Part shown: one piece after another, positions 35,029 to 44,390 of the stretch
How the letters are laid out: every line of letters begins with the position of its first letter
How positions within the stretch are numbered: the stretch's first letter is position 1
Source of the DNA: Candidatus Woesearchaeota archaeon
Lineage (GTDB): Archaea > Nanobdellota > Nanobdellia > Woesearchaeales > GW2011-AR9
Direction of reading: 5' to 3'
Assembly (NCBI GenBank): GCA_018696595.1
Contig: JABHQW010000003.1
Span: forward strand, 32,001-96,000
Length of the DNA stretch: 64,000 nucleotides
Notes under the pieces: generated by a model
Database searches by the model: none
Seen by the model: the letters and a program-made list of their open reading frames with translations, nothing else
What the model was told of the DNA's origin: nothing
Program-made: the position numbers and the translations under genes

Positions 35029-37539
35029 GTGGCAGAGAATATCAATAATATTAATAAAAAGAGTATCTTGGACATAGAGGAACAAAACTTAACTCCAGGT
35101 ATGAAACAATACAGAGATGTAAAAAAACAAAACCCTGACTGTCTAGTTATGCTTAGAATGGGTGATTTCTTTGAAATGTTTTATGAAGATGCTGTTACTG
35201 CAGCCAAAGAACTAGAGATTACACTTACCCAAAGAGGTAAGGGAGAAAAACGTGCTCCCTTAGCTGGAGTGCCTTACCATGCCCTAGAAACTTATCTTGG
35301 CAAACTTGTCAAGAAAGGCCATAAAGTAGCCATTGTAGAGCAATTAGAAGATCCTAAGAAAGCTAAAGGGCTTGTAAAGAGAGGCTTAGTAAGGATTGTC
35401 ACTCCTGGAACTCTGATTGACAGTTCAATGCTGGAAGAAACTGAAAATAATTATATTATGTCTTTAACAAGTTTTGCAGATGACTTTGCTGTTGCTTTTT
35501 GTGATTTATCAACTGGGGAATTCTTTACAACTACGATAGATTCAATGAACTTATTAATTAGCGAGATTGTAAGATTAAATCCTTCTGAATGTGTGATCCC
35601 TGAATCATTAATGGTCAATCAAGAATTAATTAAACAGATAAAAAATAACAATTGTTTCATCAACTCATTAGAAGATTATTATTTCAAGTCTGAAACTTCT
35701 AAAGAAATTATTCTAAACCATTTTAACCTGCCTAGTTTAGACTCTTTTGGACTAGAAGATAAAAAATTAAATTTATCTGTTTCTGGTGCTTTGATGAAAT
35801 ATTTAATTGATACACAAAAAAACACTTTATCTCACATAAAAAAGATTTCTGTAAGTAGTAGAGATAAGATGATTATTGATGCTTCTACGTTAAGAAATTT
35901 AGAACTGACTAAAAACATTAAAGATCACTCTTTGAAAGGAACTTTACTTTCCGTGTTGAACAAAACGGTTACAGCCATGGGTTCAAGATTGTTAAAGAAG
36001 TGGATTAAAGAACCTTTACTAAACAAAAAAGCAATTGAAAATAGATTAAATGCAATTGAAGCGTTAAACAATTCTGTTATTGTTAGGGAAGAAGTTATAA
36101 CTTTACTCAATGAAGTTTATGATTTAGAAAGATTAATCTCAAGAGTGAATTATGGTAATGCTAATCCTCGTGATTTACTTGCTTTAAAACATTCTTTGCA
36201 ACAATTTCCTGAAATCCAAGAAAAATTATCTTCTTTGGATTCGGACTTATTACAAAAGATTGCTGGAATCCCAAGTTTGCAAGAAATAACAACTTTGATT
36301 AATTCTGCAATTAGAGATGAAGCTCCGATTACAATTAGAGAAGGGAATATCATTAAAGGAGATTATAATTCTGAACTTGCTGAATTGTTAGACATAAAAA
36401 CAAACAGTAAGAAATTCTTGCAACAAATTGAAGAACGAGAGAAGAAAAAGACAGGCATCTCGACGTTAAAAATCGGTTTTACAAGAGTGTTTGGCTATTT
36501 TATTGAAGTTACAAAGAAAAATTTGCATTTAGTTCCAGAAACTTATATTCGTAAACAAACAACTGCAAATTCTGAGAGATATATTACAGAAGAATTGAAG
36601 TTGGAAGAAGAGAAAATTCTTGGAGCACAAGAAAAGATTCAGGTGTTAGAATATGATTTGTTTCAAGACTTAATTAAGAAGATTGCTGAGAAGACTTCTG
36701 AGATTCAAGATTCTGCTCAAAAATTAGCAGTGTTAGATGTGGTTTGTTCATTGGCAAAAACAGCAATGGAAAATAATTATTGTAAACCTCAGTTTGTTGA
36801 GGAGAAAGTTATTCAACTTCGTAATAGTAGACACCCAGTTGTTGAAATACTGGAGAGTAAGTTTGTTGCTAATGATATTGTTATGGGGCAAGGCGAGATG
36901 ATGATTGTTACTGGCGCCAACATGTCCGGTAAAAGTACAATGCAAAGACAAGTTGCTTTAATTATTTTAATGGCACAACTGGGTTCATTTGTACCCGCAG
37001 ATGAAGCAGTTCTAGGAATTACCGATAGAATATTTACCAGAGTTGGTGCTTCTGATGACCTTGTTTCTGGTCAGAGTACGTTTATGGTAGAAATGAATGA
37101 AACTGCTTCAATCTTAAATAATGCCACAGAAAATAGTTTAATTATTTTAGATGAGATTGGTCGTGGTACAAGTACTTTTGATGGTGTTTCAATTGCTTGG
37201 AGTGTTGCCGAACATATTTATAATCAAATAAAAGCTAAAACTCTTTTTAGTACACATTATCATGTCATGAATAAATTAGAAGAAAAATTTACTAAGATTA
37301 AAAATTATTATTTAGTTGCTAAAGAAGTCCGTGGTGAGATTGTTTTCTTGTATAAACTAATGGCTGGAGGAAGTGATCAAAGTTTCGGTGTGCACGTTGC
37401 CAAGTTAGCAGGTTTACCTTCTGAAGTTATTTCCCGTGCAGAAGAAATTCAAAGAATCCTTGAGAAGGATGATGAGATGGTTGGTAAGATTAAAGCTAAG
37501 AAGTTGCAAGAACAGATGATACTAAAGAATTTTAAGTGA
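35029..37539 (+). CDS. mutS: DNA mismatch repair protein MutS (MutS1)
   Basis: RMGDFFEMFYEDA mismatch-binding motif, GANMSGKST, SGQSTFMVEM, DEIGRGT and STHYH. GTG start. Confidence 0.96.
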   Translation: MAENINNINKKSILDIEEQNLTPGMKQYRDVKKQNPDCLVMLRMGDFFEMFYEDAVTAAKELEITLTQRGKGEKRAPLAGVPYHALETYLGKLVKKGHKVAIVEQLEDPKKAKGLVKRGLVRIVTPGTLIDSSMLEETENNYIMSLTSFADDFAVAFCDLSTGEFFTTTIDSMNLLISEIVRLNPSECVIPESLMVNQELIKQIKNNNCFINSLEDYYFKSETSKEIILNHFNLPSLDSFGLEDKKLNLSVSGALMKYLIDTQKNTLSHIKKISVSSRDKMIIDASTLRNLELTKNIKDHSLKGTLLSVLNKTVTAMGSRLLKKWIKEPLLNKKAIENRLNAIEALNNSVIVREEVITLLNEVYDLERLISRVNYGNANPRDLLALKHSLQQFPEIQEKLSSLDSDLLQKIAGIPSLQEITTLINSAIRDEAPITIREGNIIKGDYNSELAELLDIKTNSKKFLQQIEEREKKKTGISTLKIGFTRVFGYFIEVTKKNLHLVPETYIRKQTTANSERYITEELKLEEEKILGAQEKIQVLEYDLFQDLIKKIAEKTSEIQDSAQKLAVLDVVCSLAKTAMENNYCKPQFVEEKVIQLRNSRHPVVEILESKFVANDIVMGQGEMMIVTGANMSGKSTMQRQVALIILMAQLGSFVPADEAVLGITDRIFTRVGASDDLVSGQSTFMVEMNETASILNNATENSLIILDEIGRGTSTFDGVSIAWSVAEHIYNQIKAKTLFSTHYHVMNKLEEKFTKIKNYYLVAKEVRGEIVFLYKLMAGGSDQSFGVHVAKLAGLPSEVISRAEEIQRILEKDDEMVGKIKAKKLQEQMILKNFK

Positions 37540-37618
37540 AATTTTTGTAACTTTAATTCTAACAAATTAAAGTCTTTAGAAAAGTTTTAAATATTCTTTT
37601 CTATTTCTATTACCTAAT

Positions 37619-38110
37619 ATGGTAAAAATAAGAATTGGAACGTTAAAAGACATTTCACAAATAATTGGATTATGGAAAGATTTTATGGAAGAACATGATC
37701 AAGATGTAGCAAAAAGAAACAAGTTACTTAAGGAACAAATTATTAAATCCAAAACGGGAGCCAGTAAATTTAGAACTCATATTATTGAACTTTTAAAAAC
37801 AAAGAAAGGTCGTCTTATTGTTGCAGAAGAGAATGGAATTCTTGTAGGGTATAACTTAGCACAGATTAAGAAAGAAATCCCTGTCTTTAAATTAAAAAGA
37901 TTTGGATTAATTGCCGATCTTTATGTTCAAAAAGAATTTCGTGGTCAAGGGATTGCTACTCAATTCAAAGATGAAGCTGTAAAATGGTTTAAGAGAAATA
38001 AAATCAAGTATATGTCTATTACTGTTTATCCAGATAATCCACATGCATATAAAATTTATCAGAAATGGGGTTTTTCTGATTATAAAATAAATATGCGAAA
38101 AAAGATTTAA
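37619..38110 (+). CDS. GNAT family N-acetyltransferase
   Basis: LYVQKEFRGQGIAT and AYKIYQKWGF. Confidence 0.92.
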   Translation: MVKIRIGTLKDISQIIGLWKDFMEEHDQDVAKRNKLLKEQIIKSKTGASKFRTHIIELLKTKKGRLIVAEENGILVGYNLAQIKKEIPVFKLKRFGLIADLYVQKEFRGQGIATQFKDEAVKWFKRNKIKYMSITVYPDNPHAYKIYQKWGFSDYKINMRKKI

Positions 38111-38150
38111 TTCTTAAAAGAAAGATATAAATAGAACTCTAAAGAAAAGT

Positions 38151-38726
38151 ATGAAGATGAAACGATTACTTACTTATATTCTTGGGACAGTTCTTACATT
38201 AGCACCTAACACTGCTTATGGCGATGATTATCAAATCATTTCATATAAAGCAACTAAGGAACAAGCTTGCTTAGAATTAAAAGTTAAAACAGAACTAGAA
38301 ACTGGTGCTGAAAAAGATGAGCTAATAACTATCTGTGATGGAACGAATGGTGAAAGAGATGACGAAATTGATGATGTTACTTTTAATAATCCTGTGCCTG
38401 AGAATATTGGTGATCTAAACACTTGTATTGGTGTGAATTACCAACAAATTAGAGATAATTTAATTGAGTGTCATGTTAATGTTTTCTTAAATGCAGTATC
38501 GGGTGACACTGGAGAAGTTATTCGTTTTGATACTAAAAAGAGATACATCTCTTTAGAAGCAGAGAATAAAGTTTATCTTTTATACACTAACTCAGAAAAT
38601 AAAACCCATCGGTTTTGTGTTTTAGGAAATGGGTTTGCAGTTTCCATTAAACAAGATCCGTTTACAGAACATCTGGTTAATGATTTGTATGAACGGGCTT
38701 TAGAAATTAGAGATAAAAATAAATAA
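38151..38726 (+). CDS. Hypothetical secreted protein
   Basis: Signal-peptide-like N-terminus MKMKRLLTYILGTVLTLAPNTAYG. Confidence 0.7.
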   Translation: MKMKRLLTYILGTVLTLAPNTAYGDDYQIISYKATKEQACLELKVKTELETGAEKDELITICDGTNGERDDEIDDVTFNNPVPENIGDLNTCIGVNYQQIRDNLIECHVNVFLNAVSGDTGEVIRFDTKKRYISLEAENKVYLLYTNSENKTHRFCVLGNGFAVSIKQDPFTEHLVNDLYERALEIRDKNK

Positions 38727-38728
38727 TT

Positions 38729-40978
38729 TTACTTTTTCTTTTCTTCTTTATCTTTTTTAACATCTTTTTTGAATTTATCGTTAGATTCCAAACTTTCTGT
38801 ATATTTACATTTAGGATATCCTGGACAAGCTAAGAAACTACCATAAACAGATTTTCTAAGAATTAAATCTTTGCCACACTTAGGACACTTCTTTTCAATT
38901 TTCTTTTGTTCAATCTTTTCAATCTCTTTCTTTTCTTCATCAGAAGTTTTACTTTTACAATCTTGATTAATACAAACATCTAATGGTCGTTTACCTTTGT
39001 TAATAACTAAAATCATTGGATGACCACAAACTTCACAAACCTTATCCGTATTCTTAATTAGGCCTGTATTAGGAAGATTAAATGTTTTTTTACATTCTGG
39101 ATATTTATCACAAGCAATAAACTTGCCAAATTTTCCTCTTCTCATCATTAATCGGCCTTCTTTACATTCTGTACACTTACCAATGAAGTTTTGGATGTCT
39201 TCTGTTTCTCTTACAGAAGCAAGAATTTCTTTACCAATAACTTTCTCTTTCTTTTTGAAATCAGCTAATAGTTTTGTTAAAAATTTCTTTGCTTTCTCTA
39301 AAACATTTTCTTGTTTTTCTTTTCCTTCACGAATCTTAACCATATCAGCTTCAAAATCAGCAGTTAGTTTTTCATCTACAATTGTGGGTGCATATTTTTC
39401 TAAAACAGTAAGAGTCTCCATGCCATGTTTAGTTACATGGATTTGTACTCCCTCAACATATCCTCTTTGAAATAATCGGTCAAGAATGTCTGCTCGAGTA
39501 GCTTTTGTTCCCAAATTTCTTTTCTCTAATTCTTTAAGGATAGAACTTTGATTAAATCTCTTTGGAGGTTGGGTCTCTTTATCCTCTTTGAAGATCTTTT
39601 TAACATTAACAATTTCTCCTTCTTTTAGATCTGGAAGTGTAATCTCTTCCAATTTCACATAAGGCTTATAGAAAACGTGCCAGTTTTCTTCAACTGTTCT
39701 TGTTCCTTTAGCAATAAATATTTCTGCTTTAACATCTAAAGAAACTTCCATTGTTTCTCTAACAGCAGGTTCTGCAAAAGTTGCCATAAACCTTTTAACA
39801 ATTAAGTCATAAATCTTCTTTTCACGATCTTTTAATTCTCCTGGAACTTGTCCAGTGGGATAAATAGCTGGATGGGCAGGATCCGTTTTTTTACCGTTGT
39901 TTGGTTTTAATGTTCCTTTCTTTAACAGATCTTTACACAATCCGTCGTATTGTGGTTGTTTACTTAAGTCTGTTAGAATCTTCTTAAATCCTAGCTTAGG
40001 ATCTAATTGCTGTGAAGAAGTTCTAGGATAAGAAGTAACTCCTGCTAAATATAATGTTTGAGCAAGGGCCAAAGTTTCTTTCGGTGTAATTCTGAATAAG
40101 TTATATGATTCTGATTGTAAATTTATTAAGTTAAACGGAAACGGTGGGGCTTGATTTCTTTTTGTACGTTTGATTTTAGCAATTTTAGCTTCTTTCTCTC
40201 CTTTAACCACTTTTAAGATTTTTTCCATAACTTTTTTGTCAAAAATCTTATCTTTATTATGTGAAGCTTCAACCTTACTTTTTTTGTAATCACCTTCCAA
40301 CTTAATTAACCAAAACGGTTCAGAAACAAAAGCTTGAATTTCTCTTTCTCTGTCTACAAGTAATTTTAATGCTGGCCCTTGAACTCTTCCTGCAGACATA
40401 ACTTTGAACGCACCAGTAGACTTTACTGCCGCTGTTAATGCCCTACTTAAATTAATTCCGTAATACCAGTCTAGATAATGTCTTGTTTCTCCAGCGAAAG
40501 CTTGGCCCCAATCAAGATGTTTTAATTTATTTTCATAAGATTTAACTAAATCTCCTTTTGTTAAAGTAGAGAACTTCATTCTGTTAGCATCTTTTTTCTT
40601 ACAAGCGTACCTAACAACATTATATCCTATAACTTCTCCTTCTACATCATAGTCGCACGCGACTGTAAATTCATCACATTTCTTTGCTAATGTAGAAATT
40701 GTATCAATATAACCTTTAACATACTTCAAATCTTTATGAGACTTGTAAGAAGCGTCCCATTTAATATCAAAAACTGGATAAGTCCAACCTTTTTTATCTT
40801 TTTCAACTAATCCGTATAAATGACCAACTGCGGAAGTGATGTAAATAACTTTTTTGTTATGAATTACTTCGAAATATGATCCGCCTTTGCTCTTCTTTTG
40901 CACAGGAGCTTTATCTGCTAATGCAGCAGCTACTTTCCTTGCTGAGCTTGGTTTCTCTGTAATTATTAGTTCAGTCAT
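38729..40978 (-). CDS. topA: Type IA DNA topoisomerase with C-terminal zinc ribbons
   Basis: ITEKPSSA, ACDYDVEGE, SAGRVQGP, catalytic SYPRT, LGTKATR and three C4 repeats. Confidence 0.96.
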   Translation of the reverse strand: MTELIITEKPSSARKVAAALADKAPVQKKSKGGSYFEVIHNKKVIYITSAVGHLYGLVEKDKKGWTYPVFDIKWDASYKSHKDLKYVKGYIDTISTLAKKCDEFTVACDYDVEGEVIGYNVVRYACKKKDANRMKFSTLTKGDLVKSYENKLKHLDWGQAFAGETRHYLDWYYGINLSRALTAAVKSTGAFKVMSAGRVQGPALKLLVDREREIQAFVSEPFWLIKLEGDYKKSKVEASHNKDKIFDKKVMEKILKVVKGEKEAKIAKIKRTKRNQAPPFPFNLINLQSESYNLFRITPKETLALAQTLYLAGVTSYPRTSSQQLDPKLGFKKILTDLSKQPQYDGLCKDLLKKGTLKPNNGKKTDPAHPAIYPTGQVPGELKDREKKIYDLIVKRFMATFAEPAVRETMEVSLDVKAEIFIAKGTRTVEENWHVFYKPYVKLEEITLPDLKEGEIVNVKKIFKEDKETQPPKRFNQSSILKELEKRNLGTKATRADILDRLFQRGYVEGVQIHVTKHGMETLTVLEKYAPTIVDEKLTADFEADMVKIREGKEKQENVLEKAKKFLTKLLADFKKKEKVIGKEILASVRETEDIQNFIGKCTECKEGRLMMRRGKFGKFIACDKYPECKKTFNLPNTGLIKNTDKVCEVCGHPMILVINKGKRPLDVCINQDCKSKTSDEEKKEIEKIEQKKIEKKCPKCGKDLILRKSVYGSFLACPGYPKCKYTESLESNDKFKKDVKKDKEEKKK

Positions 40979-41044
40979 GTTGTATTAGAAAAATTAAGCT
41001 CTTTTAAAAAGGTATGGGAAAATAAAAGAAAAGAAAGAAAAAAA

Positions 41045-42202
41045 CTATTCATACTCTTTATCCCTACTAGAATCTCCGCGGAACTTCTTCTTAACTGCGT
41101 TCTTAGCGTTATCAAACGTTTTTCTCAATGCCGTTTCTAAGTCCCAATCATCTTGGTTAATTGCAATCAGTTGCCCAGGATATTCTAACTTGATGTGTAC
41201 AGAATACTTTTGTCTGCCACCTTTATTGTATGCTTTAAGATGTAGAACTAAGTTCAGTTCGTTATTAATTTTCTTTTGTAACTTCATTGCTTCATTACTA
41301 GCAATTTTCTTAATGTTATATTTTTGATAAGGTTCTAACTGGGCTTTATTTAATCCTACAAACTTAATTGTAAACTTTTTAGGAATTTTTAAATTACCAA
41401 TTTGTCTAAGAATACTTTTTACGGTTAACATTCCAACAAATTTATCATTTTCCATTACTAACAAATCAGAAATTCCTTTCTTAAGCATTAAATCAATTGC
41501 TCTGACTAACGATTCTCCAGTTGTAGTAGTTATTAAATTATAGTTAGTACTGAAATTACTTACAGGAATGTTGTTTAATTTTTGCATCTCTGATTCTGCA
41601 CATTTCGCATTAGCAGCATTATTAAACTTGGCTGAAAAATTTCTTTTTGGTGACCAATTAAGGTAACCTCGTAGAAGATCCTTAAATGTGATTATTCCTG
41701 TAACTTCACCATCTTCAAACAAAGGAACATGATCTATTTTCTCTTGGAACATTATGTTCATTGCTATTACTACTGGGTCTGTCATATTTACTTTTCTTGG
41801 TTTTACTAATTTAATATCTCTTACTTTAGTATCTTTAACTTCTGGAAGTTCTGCAATTAGTTTAGTTAAATCTAATGCGTTAAGCACACCAATTATTTTC
41901 TTATTACTTTCTACTGGAATGTAGCGTAAATCACTTTGATACATTAAGTAAGCAGTCTCAAATAAATCAGCATTTTCGTTAATGATTGGGGTTATTTGTA
42001 CAAAGTTTTTAATTTTAGCTTTACTGACATCAAGTCTTGATTTAAGAAGTTTCTTTTTTTCAATAAGACCCAAATATTTCTTTTTTCTAAAAACAAGTCC
42101 TGTACGTTTCTCAAATGTCTTTAATTTTCCTATTAGTTCAGAAAGAGTTGATTCCTCATCTAAAACCACAAAATCTTCTTTTATTAATGGTTTAATTTCC
42201 AT
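41045..42202 (-). CDS. Four-CBS-domain protein with a C-terminal HPF/RaiA-like domain (putative hibernation factor)
   Basis: Two CBS pairs followed by a ~100-aa beta-alpha-beta-beta-beta-alpha-like segment ending YSVHIKLEYPG...WDLETALRKTFD. Confidence 0.7.
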   Translation of the reverse strand: MEIKPLIKEDFVVLDEESTLSELIGKLKTFEKRTGLVFRKKKYLGLIEKKKLLKSRLDVSKAKIKNFVQITPIINENADLFETAYLMYQSDLRYIPVESNKKIIGVLNALDLTKLIAELPEVKDTKVRDIKLVKPRKVNMTDPVVIAMNIMFQEKIDHVPLFEDGEVTGIITFKDLLRGYLNWSPKRNFSAKFNNAANAKCAESEMQKLNNIPVSNFSTNYNLITTTTGESLVRAIDLMLKKGISDLLVMENDKFVGMLTVKSILRQIGNLKIPKKFTIKFVGLNKAQLEPYQKYNIKKIASNEAMKLQKKINNELNLVLHLKAYNKGGRQKYSVHIKLEYPGQLIAINQDDWDLETALRKTFDNAKNAVKKKFRGDSSRDKEYE

Positions 42203-42303
42203 ATGTCCACCTCAAAATGTTTAATTATAAGTATATCTAATTACTATTTAAACATTGTTAAATAAGGGTGTTTTGAATCAGAAAATTGAGATACTCTTGG
42301 TAA

Positions 42304-42651
42304 TTAGTGCATCTCTTTTTTAGGTGGAGCTTGAAATGTTTCAATATCTCTTTCATTTAATTTATCTCTAATAATATCTGTTAATTGGTAAACCAATCCT
42401 TGATTTATTTCTGGGATACGTTCATTATTAGAAGTTTCCATATTTATTCTCATTCCATTATAAGCAACAAGTTCTAATGAAGATTCTCCTTCTTCAAGTT
42501 TTTGTGCAAAAACCTCTCCAACTTCATCAAAAAAATCTTCTCTATCATTGGTCCCATCATAAATTGCAGTAACATAACTTAAACCAACTAATAATTGATA
42601 GTTTTCATGATTGTCAGGTAATTGTCCAACTAATAATAATGCTTTATCCAT
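42304..42651 (-). CDS. Hypothetical protein
   Basis: 115-aa ORF with a TATA-like element about 25 nt upstream. Confidence 0.6.
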   Translation of the reverse strand: MDKALLLVGQLPDNHENYQLLVGLSYVTAIYDGTNDREDFFDEVGEVFAQKLEEGESSLELVAYNGMRINMETSNNERIPEINQGLVYQLTDIIRDKLNERDIETFQAPPKKEMH

Positions 42652-42732
42652 AGAAAATTCGGGAACTCGTTGATTTATAAACTTTTTGTAGAATAACTAC
42701 TCTGGGATAATAACTAAGATCCAACAAACCAA

Positions 42733-42909
42733 TCAAACATCCTTGCCCATTACTGTTCTTCTACCGTTTTCTTTAGCTCTTTTAGCGGCATCAATAATCA
42801 GCTGTTTAACTCTTTCATCTAAACGATCGATAAAGTCTCCAGAAACATTTTCTACTCCTAACTCTGAATCTTTAAGAATTTCTTTAATTTGTGTTCTTAC
42901 TGTTAACAT
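42733..42909 (-). CDS. Small histone-fold protein (DUF1931-like), 58 aa, absent from the ORF track
   Basis: Manual translation: MLTVRTQIKEILKDSELGVENVSGDFIDRLDERVKQLIIDAAKRAKENGRRTVMGKDV. Contains the histone L2 motif A..RA..NGRRTV...D; TATA at 42932-42939. Confidence 0.88.
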   Translation of the reverse strand: MLTVRTQIKEILKDSELGVENVSGDFIDRLDERVKQLIIDAAKRAKENGRRTVMGKDV

Positions 42910-42961
42910 GTCTTTTTGTAAGAAGGTAAGGTTTATAAATATTTTCTTAATTATTTAATGT

Positions 42962-43312
42962 ATGGAATACCAACATTTAGGTGGCGGAGACTATTTAGTA
43001 AAGATTGATGAAGATAAGATTGAGAGGGTTATAGAAACAATGGCAGAAAAATCTTACTTAACTGCTAAATTAAAAAGAGAATCATTTTCTGGGGATGATT
43101 TAGTTTTAGACGATTTTATAGTTTATTCTTCAGATCACACAAAAGTAATTGGTTTAAACATGGGGTTAATTAATCAGCGTCAATGTTACACAAAATTACA
43201 AAAAATGATTGCTGGTGATGATTTTATTTTTCGTGGTAAGTATTTTGAAAAAGGCGGTCGTGACCCAGAACAATTTTTAGATTCTATTGTTCAAGAAATA
43301 GAAAATAAATAG
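42962..43312 (+). CDS. Hypothetical protein
   Basis: 116-aa ORF divergent from the histone gene. Confidence 0.6.
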   Translation: MEYQHLGGGDYLVKIDEDKIERVIETMAEKSYLTAKLKRESFSGDDLVLDDFIVYSSDHTKVIGLNMGLINQRQCYTKLQKMIAGDDFIFRGKYFEKGGRDPEQFLDSIVQEIENK

Positions 43313-43386
43313 GTGAGCAGCGCCAATGGAGGCGCATTTTTTCCACTGTTTAGGAAAAAATATAAGGCGCCGTGCCCTGCTCACCA
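43312..43386. other. GC-rich structured element (cloverleaf-like ncRNA, MITE or terminator complex)
   Basis: 9-bp terminal inverted repeat GGTGAGCAG/CTGCTCACC enclosing 2-3 hairpins, ~53% GC by hand count, flanked by ATA on both sides. Confidence 0.5.
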
Positions 43387-43425
43387 TAGAAAGTAATAAA
43401 TAATATTATATTCTTACATTAAATT

Positions 43426-43827
43426 ATGACTCCCTGTATCTTTTGTAAAATCATAAACAAAGAAATCCCTTGTCATCAGATTTATGAAGATGAAAATTTC
43501 TTAGCTTTTTTAGATGTTTATCCGCATGCGAAAGGACATACTGTAGTTATTCCAAAAGAACATGTTAATTTAATCTCTGAATTAAATAATGAGAAAAGTA
43601 AAGAGTTAATGGTTATTGTAAAGAAAGTAATGAAAATTATTGAAGATAAACTTAATCCTGATGGGTTTAATGTTGGTTGGAATTCTGGCGAAGTAGCAGG
43701 ACAAGTTGTTCCCCACTTACATCTTCATCTTATTCCTCGCTATTCTGGGGATGGTGGCGGAAGTATTCATTCTATTATCAAGAACCCTGGTGATTTATCA
43801 GTAGAAGAAGTAGCTAAACTATTTTAA
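43426..43827 (+). CDS. HIT family nucleotide hydrolase
   Basis: CIFCKII, GHTVVIPKEH and HLHLHLIP. Confidence 0.95.
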   Translation: MTPCIFCKIINKEIPCHQIYEDENFLAFLDVYPHAKGHTVVIPKEHVNLISELNNEKSKELMVIVKKVMKIIEDKLNPDGFNVGWNSGEVAGQVVPHLHLHLIPRYSGDGGGSIHSIIKNPGDLSVEEVAKLF

Positions 43828-43868
43828 TTCATAAATATTAAATATTTCAACTTCTTTCATTAAATAAA

Positions 43869-44132
43869 TTGGATTCTCTGGCGGCAAGAGTTGTACCAAA
43901 ATTTTACCCGTTTAAGTACCACACTTTAGAAGATATTGCGGGTATGGTTTATGATCATCAGATTGGGTTTGGTCAAGGTGCTGATATTATTGGGGATTTA
44001 CTATCTAAAAGGTATCCAGGCGTCGTTAATTATAGGGATATTCAGGAATCTTTATTTGAGAAATCTAATGACAACAGAGATTATTTCAGAAATATGTATG
44101 ATTTTGGTAAGGCTTTGGAAAGATTAGTCTGA
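43869..44132 (+). CDS. Hypothetical protein
   Basis: 87-aa ORF with a TTG start. Confidence 0.5.
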   Translation: MDSLAARVVPKFYPFKYHTLEDIAGMVYDHQIGFGQGADIIGDLLSKRYPGVVNYRDIQESLFEKSNDNRDYFRNMYDFGKALERLV

Positions 44133-44177
44133 TTTTAGGAAATCTTTATAATATACTTAGTTATTTTCTCTTTAAAT

Positions 44178-44383
44178 GGCGAAGTAGCTTAACCTGGCAC
44201 GAGAAAGCTCAGCTTTCTGGGCTCCCCTGTGGGGAATTATAGCGCCACGCTCATATATAAATGAGCTATGAGGCATTTATGCTGATGACTAAAGCTTATT
44301 GGGTTACGTGGAGGTTGGGGGCTCAAATATCTCTTAGAGAGACCACAAATCTTTCTAAAGATTTGAGTGTCCCCCCTTCGCCA
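44178..44383 (+). tRNA. trnM: tRNA-Met(CAT), probably elongator, with three introns (44198-44236, 44256-44305, 44328-44369)
   Basis: Acceptor GGCGAAG/CTTCGCC+A, anticodon stem CCACG/CGTGG with CT-CAT-A, T-stem GGGGG/CCCCC. BHB-like pairings at all three junctions; TATA near 44145. Confidence 0.88.
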
Positions 44384-44390
44384 TACTTAA

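Noticed and set aside
42743-42958. 71-aa plus-strand ORF in the track
   Set aside because: It is the antisense shadow of the histone-fold gene.
43336-43361. Reading the cloverleaf as tRNA-Trp(CCA) with a mini-intron, or as tRNA-Sec
   Set aside because: Position 37 would be C, T8 and the T-loop consensus are absent, there is no BHB, and there is no TCA anticodon.
44256-44305. C/D-box guide RNA within the tRNA-Met anticodon intron (ATGAG, CTGA, TGATGA words)
   Set aside because: The boxes overlap or are in the wrong order and spacing, and no guide complementarity was identified.
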